Shown: positions 37,864-51,189 of the stretch, piece by piece
How the letters are laid out: the number at the start of each line of letters is the position of its first letter
Numbering within the stretch: position 1 is the stretch's first letter
Source of the DNA: Lama guanicoe
Taxonomy: Eukaryota
Reading direction: 5' to 3'
DNA length: 64,000 nt
NCBI GenBank assembly: GCA_013239625.1
Contig: MU054843.1
Coordinates: 5,313,184-5,377,183, forward strand
Made by a program: the position numbers and the translations under genes
The notes under the pieces: model-generated
Told to the model about the DNA's origin: nothing
What the model saw: the letters and a program-made list of their open reading frames with translations, nothing else
Database searches by the model: none

Positions 37864-40069
37864 NNNNNNNNNNNNNNNNNNNNNNNNNNNNNNNNNNNNN
37901 NNNNNNNNNNNNNNNNNNNNNNNNNNNNNNNNNNNNNNNNNNNNNNNNNNNNNNNNNNNNNNNNNNNNNNNNNNNNNNNNNNNNNNNNNNNNNNNNNNNN
38001 NNNNNNNNNNNNNNNNNNNNNNNNNNNNNNNNNNNNNNNNNNNNNNNNNNNNNNNNNNNNNNNNNNNNNNNNNNNNNNAATATCTCCTATGTCTCTACTC
38101 AACATGTTGAATTTTTTTTCCAGCTTCTTGAACTCCGAATTACAATCATAATAACTGTTTTAATATCCTTGTTGATTAGATCTATTACCTGCAACATTTC
38201 TGGATCAGTTTTGTTGATCGATTTTTCTCCTCATTATAGGTAATATTTTCCTATTTCTTTGAATGTATGATAATTTTTTATTGAATGCCAGATGCTGTGA
38301 ATTTTACCACATTGACATATTTTTTATTCCTGTAAATGTTATTGAGCTTTGTTCTAGATGCAATTAAGTTATTTGGAAATGATTTAGTCCTTCAGGTCTT
38401 ACTTTTAAGTTTTGCTGGGCTTGACTGGAGCTGCCTTTAGCCTAGCATCAATTTTCCCCTGCTGAGGCAAAATTCTCATAGTTCTGTAAATTCAACCTGA
38501 ATTATGAGCTTTTCCACTAGAGCTGTCGGGAAATGGCGCTTTTCTCAGGCCTGTGTGAAGTCTGACAACTATTCCCTCTAATCCTTTCAGGTGGTTCTTT
38601 TCCTGGTCTTGGGGAGTTTCCTCAATATATGCACTGATTGATACTCAGCTGAAAAGGGGGGCCCACACTTGTTTTCCATCTTTCAGTGTTCATTGTCCTT
38701 CACTCCCTGATGTCCAATGCCTTGAGCACTATTGTTTCATATATTTTATTCAGATTTTTTCAACTGTCGCAGTAGGAGGGTAAATCTTACCCTGCATTGA
38801 TCAGAAATGTAAGTCTTTGTAGAATAGATTATAGTCCCTTCAATACAGATAGTCATGGTGCCAAACTTTGTCATGGATCAGGAGACAGAAGACTTGACTT
38901 TATTATACTGACCAAAGAACAGAGAATATCAAAGGCAAAGGAAGTTAATCCTCTTTCTCATCCTCTAAGCTTGTCCTACTGAGCAGCTGAAGGCCATCAA
39001 CGAGTCTGAAAGAACAGCTGGTATTATAATTTCCTAAAAGTTCTGAATTAGTGTTGTGTAGTGTTGTTAAGAATTACCATTCTAGTTTTGGGAGGAGACT
39101 CAGGAACAACTGGTGTTCCTTTGTGCCTTAAGAAGTACACATAGGAAAAAGTCTTAGATAGGAATATGTTCCAGAGATAGTATCTCCAGCACTGCATGGA
39201 CAGGGATGAAGCCCCATTAGCCAACTAAATCAGACTAAGCTGCTTCTAAAACTCCATTCTATTTTAATCTTCCCATCTTAAATGCAGGGACAAGGTCTAC
39301 CAACTTTCTTAACCACAGTGTCTTTTGCTTTTCCACTTCTTGTTTAATAAACATTTTGCAAATTACAGCTTCAGTATGGAAAGTATTTTAAGCAAATTGG
39401 GTGGAACAATGTGTAGTATCAGAATGTTATTAATCATGTAGGAATGGGCTAGGTAGAACATTGAGAAATCAGCAATGTACTTTCACAAATACTCCTCAAT
39501 AAAATCACAGTCCCTATCCCAGGAACTTGGTATCTTTCTTCTTTTGTATATGTTGATACTTGAAATAATCTCTAAGCCTCTTTAAGCTCCAACGTTCTAT
39601 TTTTCTCAGACATTTGTTAGTCTAATAAATTTATGAGGAACTGAAATATAAAGGGGTAAAACTTAAGAGTGTCTCAGTAATAGAAAGAACACTGGATTTA
39701 AGAAACAGAAAATCTTTTTGAGAAAAGAATCTATATATCTGACTGTGTAACCCTGAGGGATAAAATCATTCAACCTCTCTAGGTTTTATTACTACTTCTG
39801 TTTTTTGGGTACATGAATCTCAGTCCAGACACATCTACGATATGAGAGTAAATTAAATAAACATGAAAGCACTTTTGAAGCATAAAGTACAATTGCTCAA
39901 GGCCACAAAAGAAACTACTAAAAGAACTAAAAATAAAAATATATATATATATATGTATATATATATCTCAAGGATACTAAACACCAAAACATCCAAACAA
40001 CATTAACATTCTAACTCAGTTGTTTTTATGATTGCACATGTGAAAAATAATTTAAGGGTAATAAACTGA

Positions 40070-40330
40070 GAGATGATGTGCCATATTGTTCGGCCTGTGG
40101 TATGATGTTCAGTGATGTCCCTGTGGTCAAATGTGTACCAAGGGGCAGACAATTACAGTGACATAATGGCTGTGATGTCATGATGTGATAATGTTCGTGA
40201 CATAATAGTTCTTCATCATTTATATGCTGGGCTGATTATAAAGTATTAAATTGCTACTGTCTAACTCTACATCATGTGATGAGACCTTTTGTGTGTGATT
40301 ATTATTCAGTTTCTGAACAATCTAGGTGAA
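40070..40330 (+). promoter_or_regulatory. Candidate tissue-specific promoter: CRE-like cluster plus TATA
   Basis: gtgacataat at 40158 and 40197, tgtgatgtcat at 40171, further tgatgt copies, TATAAA at 40237-40242. Confidence 0.35.
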
Positions 40331-40605
40331 TGATCTTCAAGAAACCCTGTCTTCTGACTTTGTCAGTCCACCCTCTGCCCTCACTTTCCTTGTGACTAAA
40401 AAATTCAAAGTAGAAACTTTCATTTTCAACTAGAAATAGATCATGAAACACATTTTGTATACACTTTTCTCCACTCCCATCCTCCTGACCAGAGTAAATT
40501 GGTTGGAAATAAAGGACACACAAAAAATCTCTTGGAGTTGTAATGATTGGTCTAAAGAGAAAAAAAGTGAAAACCACCAATGTTTGGATGGCCTCCTCTT
40601 CACCC

Positions 40606-41067
40606 TGTTGGTGAGGGAGGGATTCTACCCTAGGCTTATGGGATGGCAGGACACAACACCCAACACTGTCAGATGAGATTGATGGCAGTCTATTGTCCAG
40701 GGAAGGAAGACACTGCACCACCAGAGTGAGACAGGAGCTGTACTTGGGAACAGAGTGAACAAGCAGGGCTTGGGGGTGGAGGGTGAGGGCGGAGCTTTGT
40801 AGTACCAAGAGGATCAACTGACTCCTGGTTTCTGCAAGAGGATGTAATTGGCTGTTTGAATAATTCTGCAGGCTGACAGGGAACTGAAGCCTGCTACTCA
40901 TGTAAGCAGACACTGTGCCTCATTCCTGGGATAAGGAGGGTTGTTTGGCTAAGTGACCCTATCTGAGGGAGCAGAGTCGGGAGGGGGATGCAGTTAGGCC
41001 ACTCCAGGCCCTCCCAGTTTTAGATGGCAAGGCAGCCCATAATATTAATTTTAGATTTTACACCACA
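40606..41067 (-). mobile_element. Solo ERVL LTR (MER54/MER73/MER74 group)
   Basis: Minus strand starts TGTGGTGTAAAATCTAAAATTAATATTATGGGCTGCCTTG and ends ...CCAACA. Confidence 0.7.
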
Positions 41068-41709
41068 ATAGAGATTATATGAACACACTCACCAATGTGA
41101 ACAAAGAGGCTCATCTATAACTTGCTGGCCATTCAGTAATCCATCACCTCTTATCCCTGCTCATAAGTCAAACAAAAGTCCTTTCAAAACTGGAGATAAA
41201 ATTAGGAATGCTGGAAGCATTGTTGGGGCTGTTCCCAGCCTTGCTCCCTCGTTTAGAAAACTGTAGGAAGACCAGGGGCCCTCCTTGATGGCCTGCAGCC
41301 TGTGCTTGCGCTGTCTCCAGGAGAGGGTCCTTGTGACTGCTCAGACATGTGATGTTATTCCCTGGGAGCAAACTGGGGCTGGCCCAGCTCCACTTACTGA
41401 AACAAAGGAACAGAGTCAATTGGCCTTGTCAGCTGCTGTAGCTTTAACTTAGAAAAATAGAAGTCATCACACTTAATGAAAATACAAAGTCTACAGTTAA
41501 ATAAGGCATTTGCAGCTATTTATGGAGAAGAATTTTAGCAGAATGTATTAAAAATAGTTATAATTAGAGATACGCATAATAAGATACATGATATGCTAAA
41601 TTATCTAAATTAGCATTGTAATATCTGTGGTATTTACATACTCAGTTTAAAACAATGTAATTAATTCAATATCTTTTTCCTGTGCACAAAAGCAGAGATA
41701 TTGTCTTTT

Positions 41710-42195
41710 TTTTAAGTTTGAAATGTTAAATGATGACATTTCAAATATAGACCAAGTACAGAAAATATTAACAGATACTCATGTACCGACCTCCCGTATT
41801 AACAGATGTTAGCATTTTGCTTTATTAGCTTCAGAATCAATTTTCTCTCTTTTCAAAAAAGAAAATATTGAGTACAGATAGAGTAACCCCAACCCATCCT
41901 CTGCCTCTCTCCCCAGAGGTAACTGTTACCCTGAAGTTGGCATGTTACTTTTCATGTATTTAAACTTTTATTATATTATATAGATGTAAACATTAAATAA
42001 TACATACCATTCTTTTGTATGCTTTAAATATTTATATATTAGAAATCTTATGGTACATTTCTTCTTGTAACTTGCTTTTCTTACAATGTTTTGAGATTTA
42101 TTCATGTTGTTATATGTAGACCTAGTTTGTCTATTTTAACTTTTATAGGATTTCATGGTAGGAGTAAACCAGTTTATTTACTCACTAGCCTACCA
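41710..42195 (-). mobile_element. L1ME 3' fragment
   Basis: ccccagaggtaact...taacttgctttt...ttttgagatttattcatgttg. Confidence 0.65.
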
Positions 42196-42815
42196 TGATA
42201 CTGTGATTTATAATACAAAAGTATATATTTGGTTTTCATCCTTGTTTCTGGCACAGAACTCCTAAAACACTTGGGATTTCCTAAACACTCAAAGCATAAA
42301 GATATCTTTTGTAATGTTAATGAGGCAACTTTTGGAAAGCACCTCAGGCTGGGTGCTGGTTGCCAGGAGAACCAACCTGGTGATTAGAGGATTGGCACTT
42401 TCAGTCCCACCTCCTGACCTCTGGGGACCAGAGAGGGGCTGGAGGTTGAATCAATCCCCCAATGGCCAGTGATTTAATCAACCGTGCCTTTGTGATGAAG
42501 CCTCCATAAAAACCTAAAAGGAGGGGTTTCAGAGAGCTTCTGGGTTGGTGAACACAGGAGGTGTGGGGAGAGTGGTGCTCAGAGAGCATGGGAGCTCCTC
42601 CCCTTTCTCCATGCCTCACCCTATGCATCTCTTCCATCTGGCTGTTCCTGAGTTATATCTTGTGATAATAAATCAGTGACCTAGTAAGTAAAACTTTTCT
42701 CTGGGTTCTGTGGGCCACTCTAGCAAATTAATCAGACCCAAAGAAGGGATGTGGGAACCTCCAGTCTATAGCTGGTTGGTCATGAGCACAGGTGATAACC
42801 TGAACTTGTGACTGA
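42196..42815 (+). mobile_element. MER21C-like LTR
   Basis: tgtgatttataat...atatatttgg...ctggcacagaactcctaaaac...tgattagagg...ttcagagagcttctgggttggtgaacac. Confidence 0.8.
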
Positions 42816-43696
42816 TGTGTGTGTTGGGGGGTTCTGCACTGCCCCACTGAGTCTCACAGTTATCGATCATGAGTTGCTAGGGTGTGTCACCTGTTCTGCT
42901 GCATAGCCCACTCACGGGTATCTGTGTTGGCTCCTCCTCATGCCTGTTTCCCTCAAAGCACAGGAGCTGTTATCTCAGGGGACCCTGACCCCGGTGGTAG
43001 TGATGTTTCCCTACCTAGAGTCCTGTTTCTTAGATCTACTGTTCTCTAAACTGCAACACTGAAGAGGGAACAACCCCTCAGTCCAGCACTTGTCATGCCT
43101 GAACCTCACAGGAATGACAGAGCCTCTTCAAAACCAGACTGTTTGGCTTATCTCTGTAGCCCCTCTCTCTAACAGGGCCAGGCTGGGGAGCAGCCAACAG
43201 CTCTCATGCCATCCTCTTCACTGTCTGCTGTTTCCTCTCCCATTATCCCAGGCCACTCCCAGCATCCCTGCAGACAACTTCCTCCTGGCAGCCCCATTCT
43301 CCACAAAAATAAACTCATGCAAATATAATTCTGAGACAGCCAGCCCCACAAAACCTGACAGGTCTATATTTCTCTTTAGGTTCAGCGAAGATCCCTGCCC
43401 GCTGATGCAAAACACACCACGTCACACCACACTGTATCTTCAGTCTTTAACTTCTTCCTGTCTGCTGTCTCCTTCCCTCTGTACTCCCACATGTTCAAAT
43501 CTCTCCCATCCTGAACTAAACAAATACCTTAATAGACCCACCTTGCCTCTAGCTACTCTTCTCTTTCTCATCCTTCACAGCCCACTTCTTTCTTTTAACC
43601 TAGTATTAAGATTTTGTTATTGTTCTAGACATATCAGCATTATTTAAAAATTTACAGTGAACATATATTAAATTTATAACAAACAAAATTAGACTC

Positions 43697-44153
43697 TGTT
43701 ATGGATTGAATTTTGTCCCCCTCCCCAAAATGTTTGAATCCTAATCCCTAGTACTTTAGAGTGTGATCTTATTTGGAGATGGGGTCTTTACAGAGGTAAT
43801 CAAGTTGAAATGATGTTGTTAGGATAAGCTCTAATCCAGTATAACTATTGACTTTATAAAAAGAGGAAATTTGGACACAGACATATACACAGAGAAATGC
43901 CATGTGACGCTGAAGGCAGAGATTGGTGTGATGCAGTAGAAGTCAAGCAACACCAAAGATTGCTGACGAACCATTAGGAGTTGGGGGGAAGCAAAGACCA
44001 AATCTCTCACTCAGCCCTCACAAGGAACCAATCCTGTGGACTGACACCCTGATCTCAGACTTGCAGTCTCCGAAACTGTGAAGCAATAGGTTTCTGTTGT
44101 TTAAGCCACTCAGTTGTGGTTCCCTGTTATGGCAGGCCTAAGACACTAATGCA
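43697..44153 (+). mobile_element. Full-length MLT1B/C-like LTR
   Basis: tgttatggattgaattttgtcccc...gtttaagccactcag...taatgca. Confidence 0.85.
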
Positions 44154-44569
44154 TCTCCATTACCAAATTTGGATGGAGTCCTCCACCTGTCTCTCTCCAC
44201 GACCTTACCTCCCTCTCACCCATCAGCTCACTGACTTCTATGCCCTCTATTCTGCTGTAACTTTCTCACCAAAACCACTAACAACCTTCTTGTTGCTGTT
44301 TCCAACTGGACATTCGTCAGCTCTTTCCCAGTCTCTGCAACATTTTAGGTTGTTTATCTCTTCTTTCTTCCTAAAACATGATCATCTTCTTCTGGTTTTC
44401 ATGGCATTGCACTCCTGAATTTTTCTCCTACGTCTCTGTTTTTTTATTAGTACCTTTTGAATTTCTCCTTTTACTTATTCCTTCAATGGAAAAGTTCCTC
44501 AGAGTTTTATCTAAAGTCTGTCTTATTTTATCACTTCATTGTCTCTCCCTGAGTCTGGTTAGTGTCTAA

Positions 44570-45170
44570 GTCCAGAGGTTTTAGTCTTAACCAGGTTTAG
44601 GTTCAAACGTGGTGTGCTTCCACCAGGAGACATGTAGAATCTGGTTCCTTCTCTTTTTATAGTGTTAGCCATTATGGAGGAGTATGACCTAGACTCATCA
44701 TTTAATTAGAGGTTTGCAAGGTGGTAATATTCTGTCACTCTTTTTTTTTTAGCTAAAATAATCCTATAAAGAGAAACTTTATCAACTATTTGGTTACCTG
44801 AGGAATAATTAATACAGAAAAGGCAAATTAAATGTTTGATTTTTTACTTTACAGTTTTCAGAATAATGAGTTGGTTCCCTTATTATTATTGGCACCTAAA
44901 AATGTGACAAATGTGGGGTTTTTTTTCCATTATGAACACATAGATTTAGACATATTTGATGTGTTTTAAAAAGTTTCGATACTCTTATGGATGCTCAAAT
45001 TATTCCCTCTTTTGTCAGTGGGGACCCTTCAGGGTGGCTCCTGGATCCTTTTTTCGTGGCCCCAGAGGTCTTTGCTTGCTTTCTGAGACGAAAAGACGTT
45101 GCAGGCTCCTCTTGGAAATTTTCTGTCCTAGACTTGGTTTCAGTCATTTCTCCAAAGAGCCCTCACGTTT
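44570..45170 (-). mobile_element. Old L1MC-like fragment
   Basis: ttggttacctgagg...atgctcaaattattccctc...tcagtcatttctccaaagagccct. Confidence 0.55.
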
Positions 45171-45459
45171 TCTTTCCCAGAAACATACTACTTTCACACA
45201 CACACACAAAAGTTCCTAAGAAAGACCATTCTTTTAGGAGTAAAGAGCTGGCTAGAAGAAAGGAAAACAGAGAACTTAACTAATTTGCTATGCTTGTTAA
45301 GGCTTAAGGGAAATGAATTTTGGAATGGAGAGAAGAAATAATATTTAAATGTAAAAAGTTACAGCAGTTTGGCTTTCCTTGTGCCTTATTCAGTTATATA
45401 CTACTCTTTCAACTTCTCTTGTTTCATAACTGTCTTAACTACATGAGATAGAACTGCCA

Positions 45460-46170
45460 ATTGTACCCTGACACACGTTTTCCTCAATAATGGAATACTA
45501 GCCTATTGGAATAATGTTTTATAGCTAGGTATGGTGAGGAGACTAACTTCTGAGTAGATAACGCAGAAATGAAGAGTGTGATTCTCAGAAGTTTTCTTAA
45601 AGAGAGGAAATAAACTCTCTTTTGTCTGTTCTTTTTTTGCATTGCCTGGAAAGCAGACACAATGGCTGGCACTTCAGTAGCCATTTCAGGCCATGAGATG
45701 ATAATAATGTGTTGAAGATGGCAGAGCAACAAAATGGAAGAATCTTGGTTCCTTGATACTGTAGAAATTTTTTTCTGCAAAGGACCAGATGGTAAATATT
45801 TTCAGCTTTGCAAGCCATACAGTCTCTCTAACAAGTAGTCAACAATGCCATATTAGAGTGAATATAGCCATAGATAATACGTAATGCATGAATTCCATTA
45901 TGTTTTAATATAAGTTCCAATAAACCTTTATTTATGGATACTGAAATTGAATCTCTTATAGTTTTCATGGCACAAAATCATATGCTTTTTTTGGAAAATG
46001 GTTTCGTCAACCATTTAAAAATACAAAAATGATTCTTAGCTTATGGGCTGTGTAAAAACAGGCAGTGGGCCAGCTTTGGTGGAGATATGGTTTGCCAACC
46101 CCTCCTATAGCACTCTGCAGTCCCAGATTGCTTATCTGTAGGCTTTGTTTACAGGAGAGGGACTTTTATG
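45460..46170 (+). mobile_element. MLT1K/L-like LTR split by a MER58B-like hAT element (~45765-46103)
   Basis: MLT phrases (aatggctggcac, gatggcagagcaac) resume after the MER58 signature aaggaccagatggtaaatattttcagctttg...gtttgccaacccct. Confidence 0.7.
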
Positions 46171-46174
46171 TTGT

Positions 46175-46420
46175 TCCTGGGAGATGGAGTTTGTTGTGAC
46201 TGCTCCACCTGCCCACATCCCATAGCAGTCCTGCTGCAGCTCCGCGGAGGCCCCCCTCTTCACGACCTGCGCTGACATTGCATCTTTGCTTGGCTTGCTC
46301 TTCCTTCCTGTCCTGTTTCCCCTGCTTTTTACTGGACGTGCTGTGGGAGCACTTTCTTTATAATCACTTGTATAGGGACCTGTGTCAGTGTCTGCTTCTG
46401 GCCAACTCCAACCTAGTCGG
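46175..46420 (+). mobile_element. LTR16-like ERVL LTR 3' part
   Basis: aatcacttgtatagggacctgtgtcagtgtctgcttctgg...aacctag. Confidence 0.55.
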
Positions 46421-47714
46421 TAGTAATAGTCCTTGCTCAAGGAGCCCCTTCTTCAGGCTTTACTCGAACAGAAGTAGCAGCCTGTTCCTTATACAAATAA
46501 AATCCCAGTGTTCCAGGCATACTCTTTCACCATGTAGCGTAATGGCTGACAGTAGGGGATCTGGAGTCAGCTCGCTTGCAGTAAAATCCTACTTAGCCTC
46601 TCTGTACCTCAAGATTCCTCATCTGTAAAATGGAGGTAATTAGTAACATACTGTTCAGCACACAATAAGTACTCCACAAATGTTAATTACTAATGCCAAT
46701 ATCAATAGGTTGTTCAAGGCACTTGGACACACTACTATTACTTGTGAATCCAACACAGAATTTTTTTTATAAATAATAGAGAAACAGTGCTCTCTGCTTT
46801 GTTGGAATCTGAAGAACCAACACATAAAGTTTTCTTTGTAGGTAATATTTGAAGATCAAGACTTCTAATTACAGTATAAATATAAAGTAAGGGGCACATC
46901 CTGCTCTAAAACTTCAGCAATAAGTTAGACAAACGGCTATGCTCTGAAACCAGTCATACCTGGGCTAAAATCTCAACTCAGTCACTCACTGGTTCACTAG
47001 AGATGTTATTGATTTACCCAACAAGATCACCACTACTTACCTCCTAAGACTATTGTGTAGATTAAACAAAACTGTGCAGATAAAGCACTTAGCTACTCCC
47101 TCTAACTTTGTATGTATCGGGCACTGTGCTATTATTAGCCAGAGCATGATATCACAGGAAGAAGTGGAGCAATTCCAAACATCACTTGGGTACCTTCACC
47201 CTTAGGACAAATGTGGCAACGGTGCCAATTCCCAGAAGACCTTGTTGGGATAATCACCTGGTTCTTTCCTTGGCCACAGAGTTCAACCTTCTTGGGTCAC
47301 TTTGCTTGAAACCAACCCCCACCACAAACAAGAGGGAAAATGACCGGCTCCCCTTTGCTGAAAGTAGGGAAAACACAAGTCCTGTGACATACTCTACTAT
47401 GGTTGCTCGCTGCACGTCTCCATTTCAGTTTCAGCACCAGCTACTCAATGCTTTGTAGGTGTCATTTCACGGCAGGTTTTAAGCACCAGGATTTGTGCAT
47501 CTCGTCTAGGGGCAATCCTAGGGGAGCCTTTGCTTATAATATCACAGAGCTCCGTTCTGGAGCACAGCCTGTCAGAGCTCAAAGGGAAAACAAATCCCTT
47601 CTGTATGGACCATGAAAGCTTCATCAAGGATCCTTTTTGCTCTGCTTGGGGAGGGAAGAGAATGAAAAAAGAGGAAACCACACGCTCCAAGGGATTCAAT
47701 CAATATTTGGAGGC

Positions 47715-48100
47715 TGTCTGACTCACCGACTCAGTCTGACCAAATCAGAACTCCCGTATTTAAGTATTTAGTAAATGATCAATAGTAGGATTGTATTTCC
47801 ATGAGCCAGAGAGTTCCAATTTAGCGGGACAGATTTTTTTTTTTTAATTCAAACTCTTTTTTTTTTTTGCCACATTCAGCAATTGCTATCAGATGCTGAA
47901 TGTCTGTGGTCACACACTCAGCTTCCTGTTTATAAACGCGCTCTGTTTTCAGTGAGTCAGCGGTTTCTTGGTTCTGCACAGAGGTATAACTGGCCACATC
48001 AGGCCAAGGAGGCTGAACAAGCTTTGTGAATGGCCCAGTGTGCGCAGGCCTCAGGCTCTGAGTGAACAAGGTACTCGCACCGTATGTGGCTGGCAAGTTG
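47715..48100. promoter_or_regulatory. Candidate enhancer (AP-1 x2, RUNX, ETS, forkhead-like)
   Basis: TGACTCA 47719-47725, TGTGGT 47905-47910, CTTCCTGT 47922-47929, GTTTATAAAC 47928-47937, TGAGTCA 47953-47959; locally raised CpG. Confidence 0.4.
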
Positions 48101-48156
48101 AAATAATTCTGCCCAGTGAGTTTGGTGGTTTCTCCTCTGGTTTTGATCTGAGCTGT

Positions 48157-48821
48157 TGTTAAAGAGAACCAATGCTGGATGCTAGTTAAAGTGGAAAGGA
48201 CAAGTTTTCATCAGTAATATAATGTTGTCATAGGGAAAAAAATCCAGGATGAACTGAACTGAACTTCAATTTGTACAGGGGAGACTGGGTCGGGGAGTGA
48301 GGGGTTGGGGAGGGAGGGAGGCGAGGTGGGGGCTCAACAGAATCAGGAAATGAAAGATTACAAAGAACTGATTGATGTAAATGCGATTAGCCCGGCCATG
48401 TCTGCTAGCTGACTGTTATCCAAGTTAGAATTCTGTCCTGCCACAGAGACTGTGGCCCTATCCTTCCCAATCAGTACATTTCAAGAGTGGCTTTCAGGTC
48501 CTTAAGAAAGACGATCCTGAGTTGTAGGAGATACATGTAGACCTCAAGGGGACAGAAGAAGTGTTCACAACTGCAAGCACTTTTTAATAAATGTTCTAAG
48601 AAAGGGCGATCAGGGGCCTATCTTTAGGTGCTGGCCTGAATGAACAGCAAATTATTGAGTTTTCTCAGGCAGGCACTTTAAGGGCAGCAAGGGTCATGTG
48701 GCCTTGAGCTGTTAGAAATTATGTTAGTGTCTGTTCAAGTCTTTCAGGACAAGGCTGAAGCTTAGTTGAGAAGAGGGCTTGAAGGAGGCTGCCCAGAGTT
48801 GGTCACGGAGAGAATCTGTCA
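48157..48821 (-). mobile_element. Solo ERV1 LTR (MER31/MER67-like)
   Basis: Minus strand TGACAGATTCTCTCCGTGACCAACTCTGGGCAGCCTCCTTCAAGCCCTCTTCTCAACTA...TTAACA; 4-bp TSD ctgt/ccgt. Confidence 0.8.
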
Positions 48822-51189
48822 CCGTGAAGCAGGCCGAGACTGTCTTTAGTGCTTCACTACTTACTCTGCTGCCACTACTTCCCCACCTAAAACCAAGCCA
48901 CCTGTCACCTTCAGTGGCCTTCTAGCTACTCCAAATGCATGATCTCCTAAAGAGCATCTGAGCTCTGGACTTTTCCCCCCTCCCTTCCCTCTGTGGGCAC
49001 GGCCTGTGCTGCTCTGTCAGCTATGGATGTGGCTTTCATTCCTCTCCCTTTACCCCCACCTGGCAAGCCAACTGCAGGCCTCCTTCAGAATTTCATTTAT
49101 TCTCTATCTCCTCCCTGGCAAATCCTTCCCCAATCTCCAGGAGCTGGGTTAGGCATTACTACAATTTATCACACTGCATTTTAGTGCCTATTTAAGCATC
49201 AGTTTCCTTCACCATACTGTAAGCCACGGAGGACAGGGCCTGAGTTCAATTCACCCTTTTTCCCACCAGCATGTAGCAACAGTAGGTGCTTCATAAGTGC
49301 TTACTGAGCAAGTGAATGGATAGTACTTGTCCTTCGATATCTCCCACCCCTCTACCTCCCATCCTACCCCGACCATGGAGAGCACCGGAGAGCTCTCTTG
49401 GAAAGTACCTCCTGGGATCAGGGTCTTTGGCTCTACACCCAGTAGAACCAAGGACCTTAGCAATGGAAGTCAGCTCGTTATAACTCTCAGTTTTTTGTGT
49501 CCCTAACTGTGGTTTTGCAGAGGCAACACTATTCTGAGGTTTGCTCTGTTGTTTTAAAATTAAAATTTGATTTATTAAGGTTTCAGATTTTAAAGCCTGG
49601 TTCTGCTTTTATCTTTTAAATGCAATTGGTGAATAAAGTTCGCTGGTCTTACAAATATTATTCAGGCAATTGCTTTTTAGGAGATCTTTGTTTAGTATTT
49701 GGTTCCATTTGTAAGTTAAACACATTCAAATATTTCAAATGACTTTACATTTTAATACATTTATTTCCAATTAAGGAGCTTTCCACTTTATTTCCACTTC
49801 AATTTTCTAACTTCTCAAGAGAAATGTATTAGATTTATAAGAATAACTTAAGCTTATGTATGGTGGACCTAAGTTGTCTTAATTATTAAACTACTACTAT
49901 ACAGAACAGTAGGATTTTTACTTAAAAATAGTAAGTTAAAGTCAATTAGTCAATTATAAATTTCAGATTGGAGTTATAAGGCTGACCTTTTATTCTAATA
50001 AGCTCAGGTCTCCTGACTAGCATAAGTATATTGAATATGAAATATTTTCATATACCTTAATTTAAAATATCAGTATTACTGCTTGAAGTCCTTAAACATA
50101 TGTGATTCTAACTCTTCCCAGTTCTACTAAGAAAACTACTATATCACCCCACACAGAATTTAGGGCTGACCTTCTCAACTTGCTTGTGGTTGCATTAGAC
50201 CAAATCAGGGCCCAGATACCTGGCCAGGGGCATGAGACCCCGGTGGGATATATCTTCTCCTACTTGTAGTTGCTATGTAGTAGATGTCACAACTTTAAGA
50301 AGGTGACCTCTACCCTTTAAGGTCAAGTTATATATTTCCAAATTCTTCAGTCTGCTCAAAGAAATTGAGACCCACACTCAGGATTTTCACTTGATTAAGG
50401 TCCCTTGAAAAAGACATTTATGTATCTTAAGAAGCAAAGAAAAGTAAACTCCAAGGAGGAATTTGCATTCTTTCATATCCACAAGTTCTCCAGGCCCTGA
50501 GATTATAAAAATGCTCTCAGGTTGAATTTTGCACAGCCTTCATGGCTTCTCCGATTAATCAGTCAGTCCTTGCAGGGCCATTCAGCTGGCACACAGTGAG
50601 ATGAAGTTTCTCTCTGTTCATGCTGATCTCTACTGGGGATCACCACGGACCAAATAGCCCTGACCCGGGGCCTCTGCTAGGCTGTTCTGTCCAGGAGACT
50701 TCGTGTGAATTGATAAAAGATGCCTCTTCTTCCATGCAGAAGCTGACCCCACAAAGGGCTCTAACCTGGAGAGTGGGCAGAAGGAAGGAATTTCAGCCTC
50801 ACTTAGCTCTGGTTCCAGGCACTTTGGACAGACAAATGGCACAATTGTCTCTGGCAGCCATACTCTGCCCCTCTGAGTCCAGAACTGAAGATCAGACCCC
50901 CAGGCAGTTGGATACCCCTGCATAGAAGGGCAGGCAGAAAGAGTGATGGACAATCCTGAGTTAACTGTTTACCCAAACAGCTGTTTACCGAAACTGAAAA
51001 AAATCCAGAACTGCCAATTTACCTTGACTGGACAAGAAAAACATTTCTTCTACAGAACAGGAGTCCAGGCTCAATATCCAGGTTCAATTACAGGAAAATA
51101 GTCATCTTTGCACACTTACCTTGAAGGAAGACATCTAGGTCACATTCCTCACCATGCCTGGGCCTCAGTTTCCATGTGGGATGTTCTCT

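Larger units (their letters stand above)
35440..38800 (-). mobile_element. Old L1M (MB/MC-like) antisense element hosting two younger L1 insertions
   Basis: ttaggattcttatgtc...gcatggtatatctttt...ggagtgttcagaccattta continues across the inserts. Confidence 0.75.

Noticed and set aside
40302-40913. Longest ORF in the track (203 aa, minus strand)
   Set aside because: Half of it lies in a solo LTR; no recognisable domain; composition looks non-coding
43090-43647. 185-aa plus-strand ORF
   Set aside because: L/S/P-rich translation of pyrimidine-rich DNA, non-ATG start, no homology I can recognise
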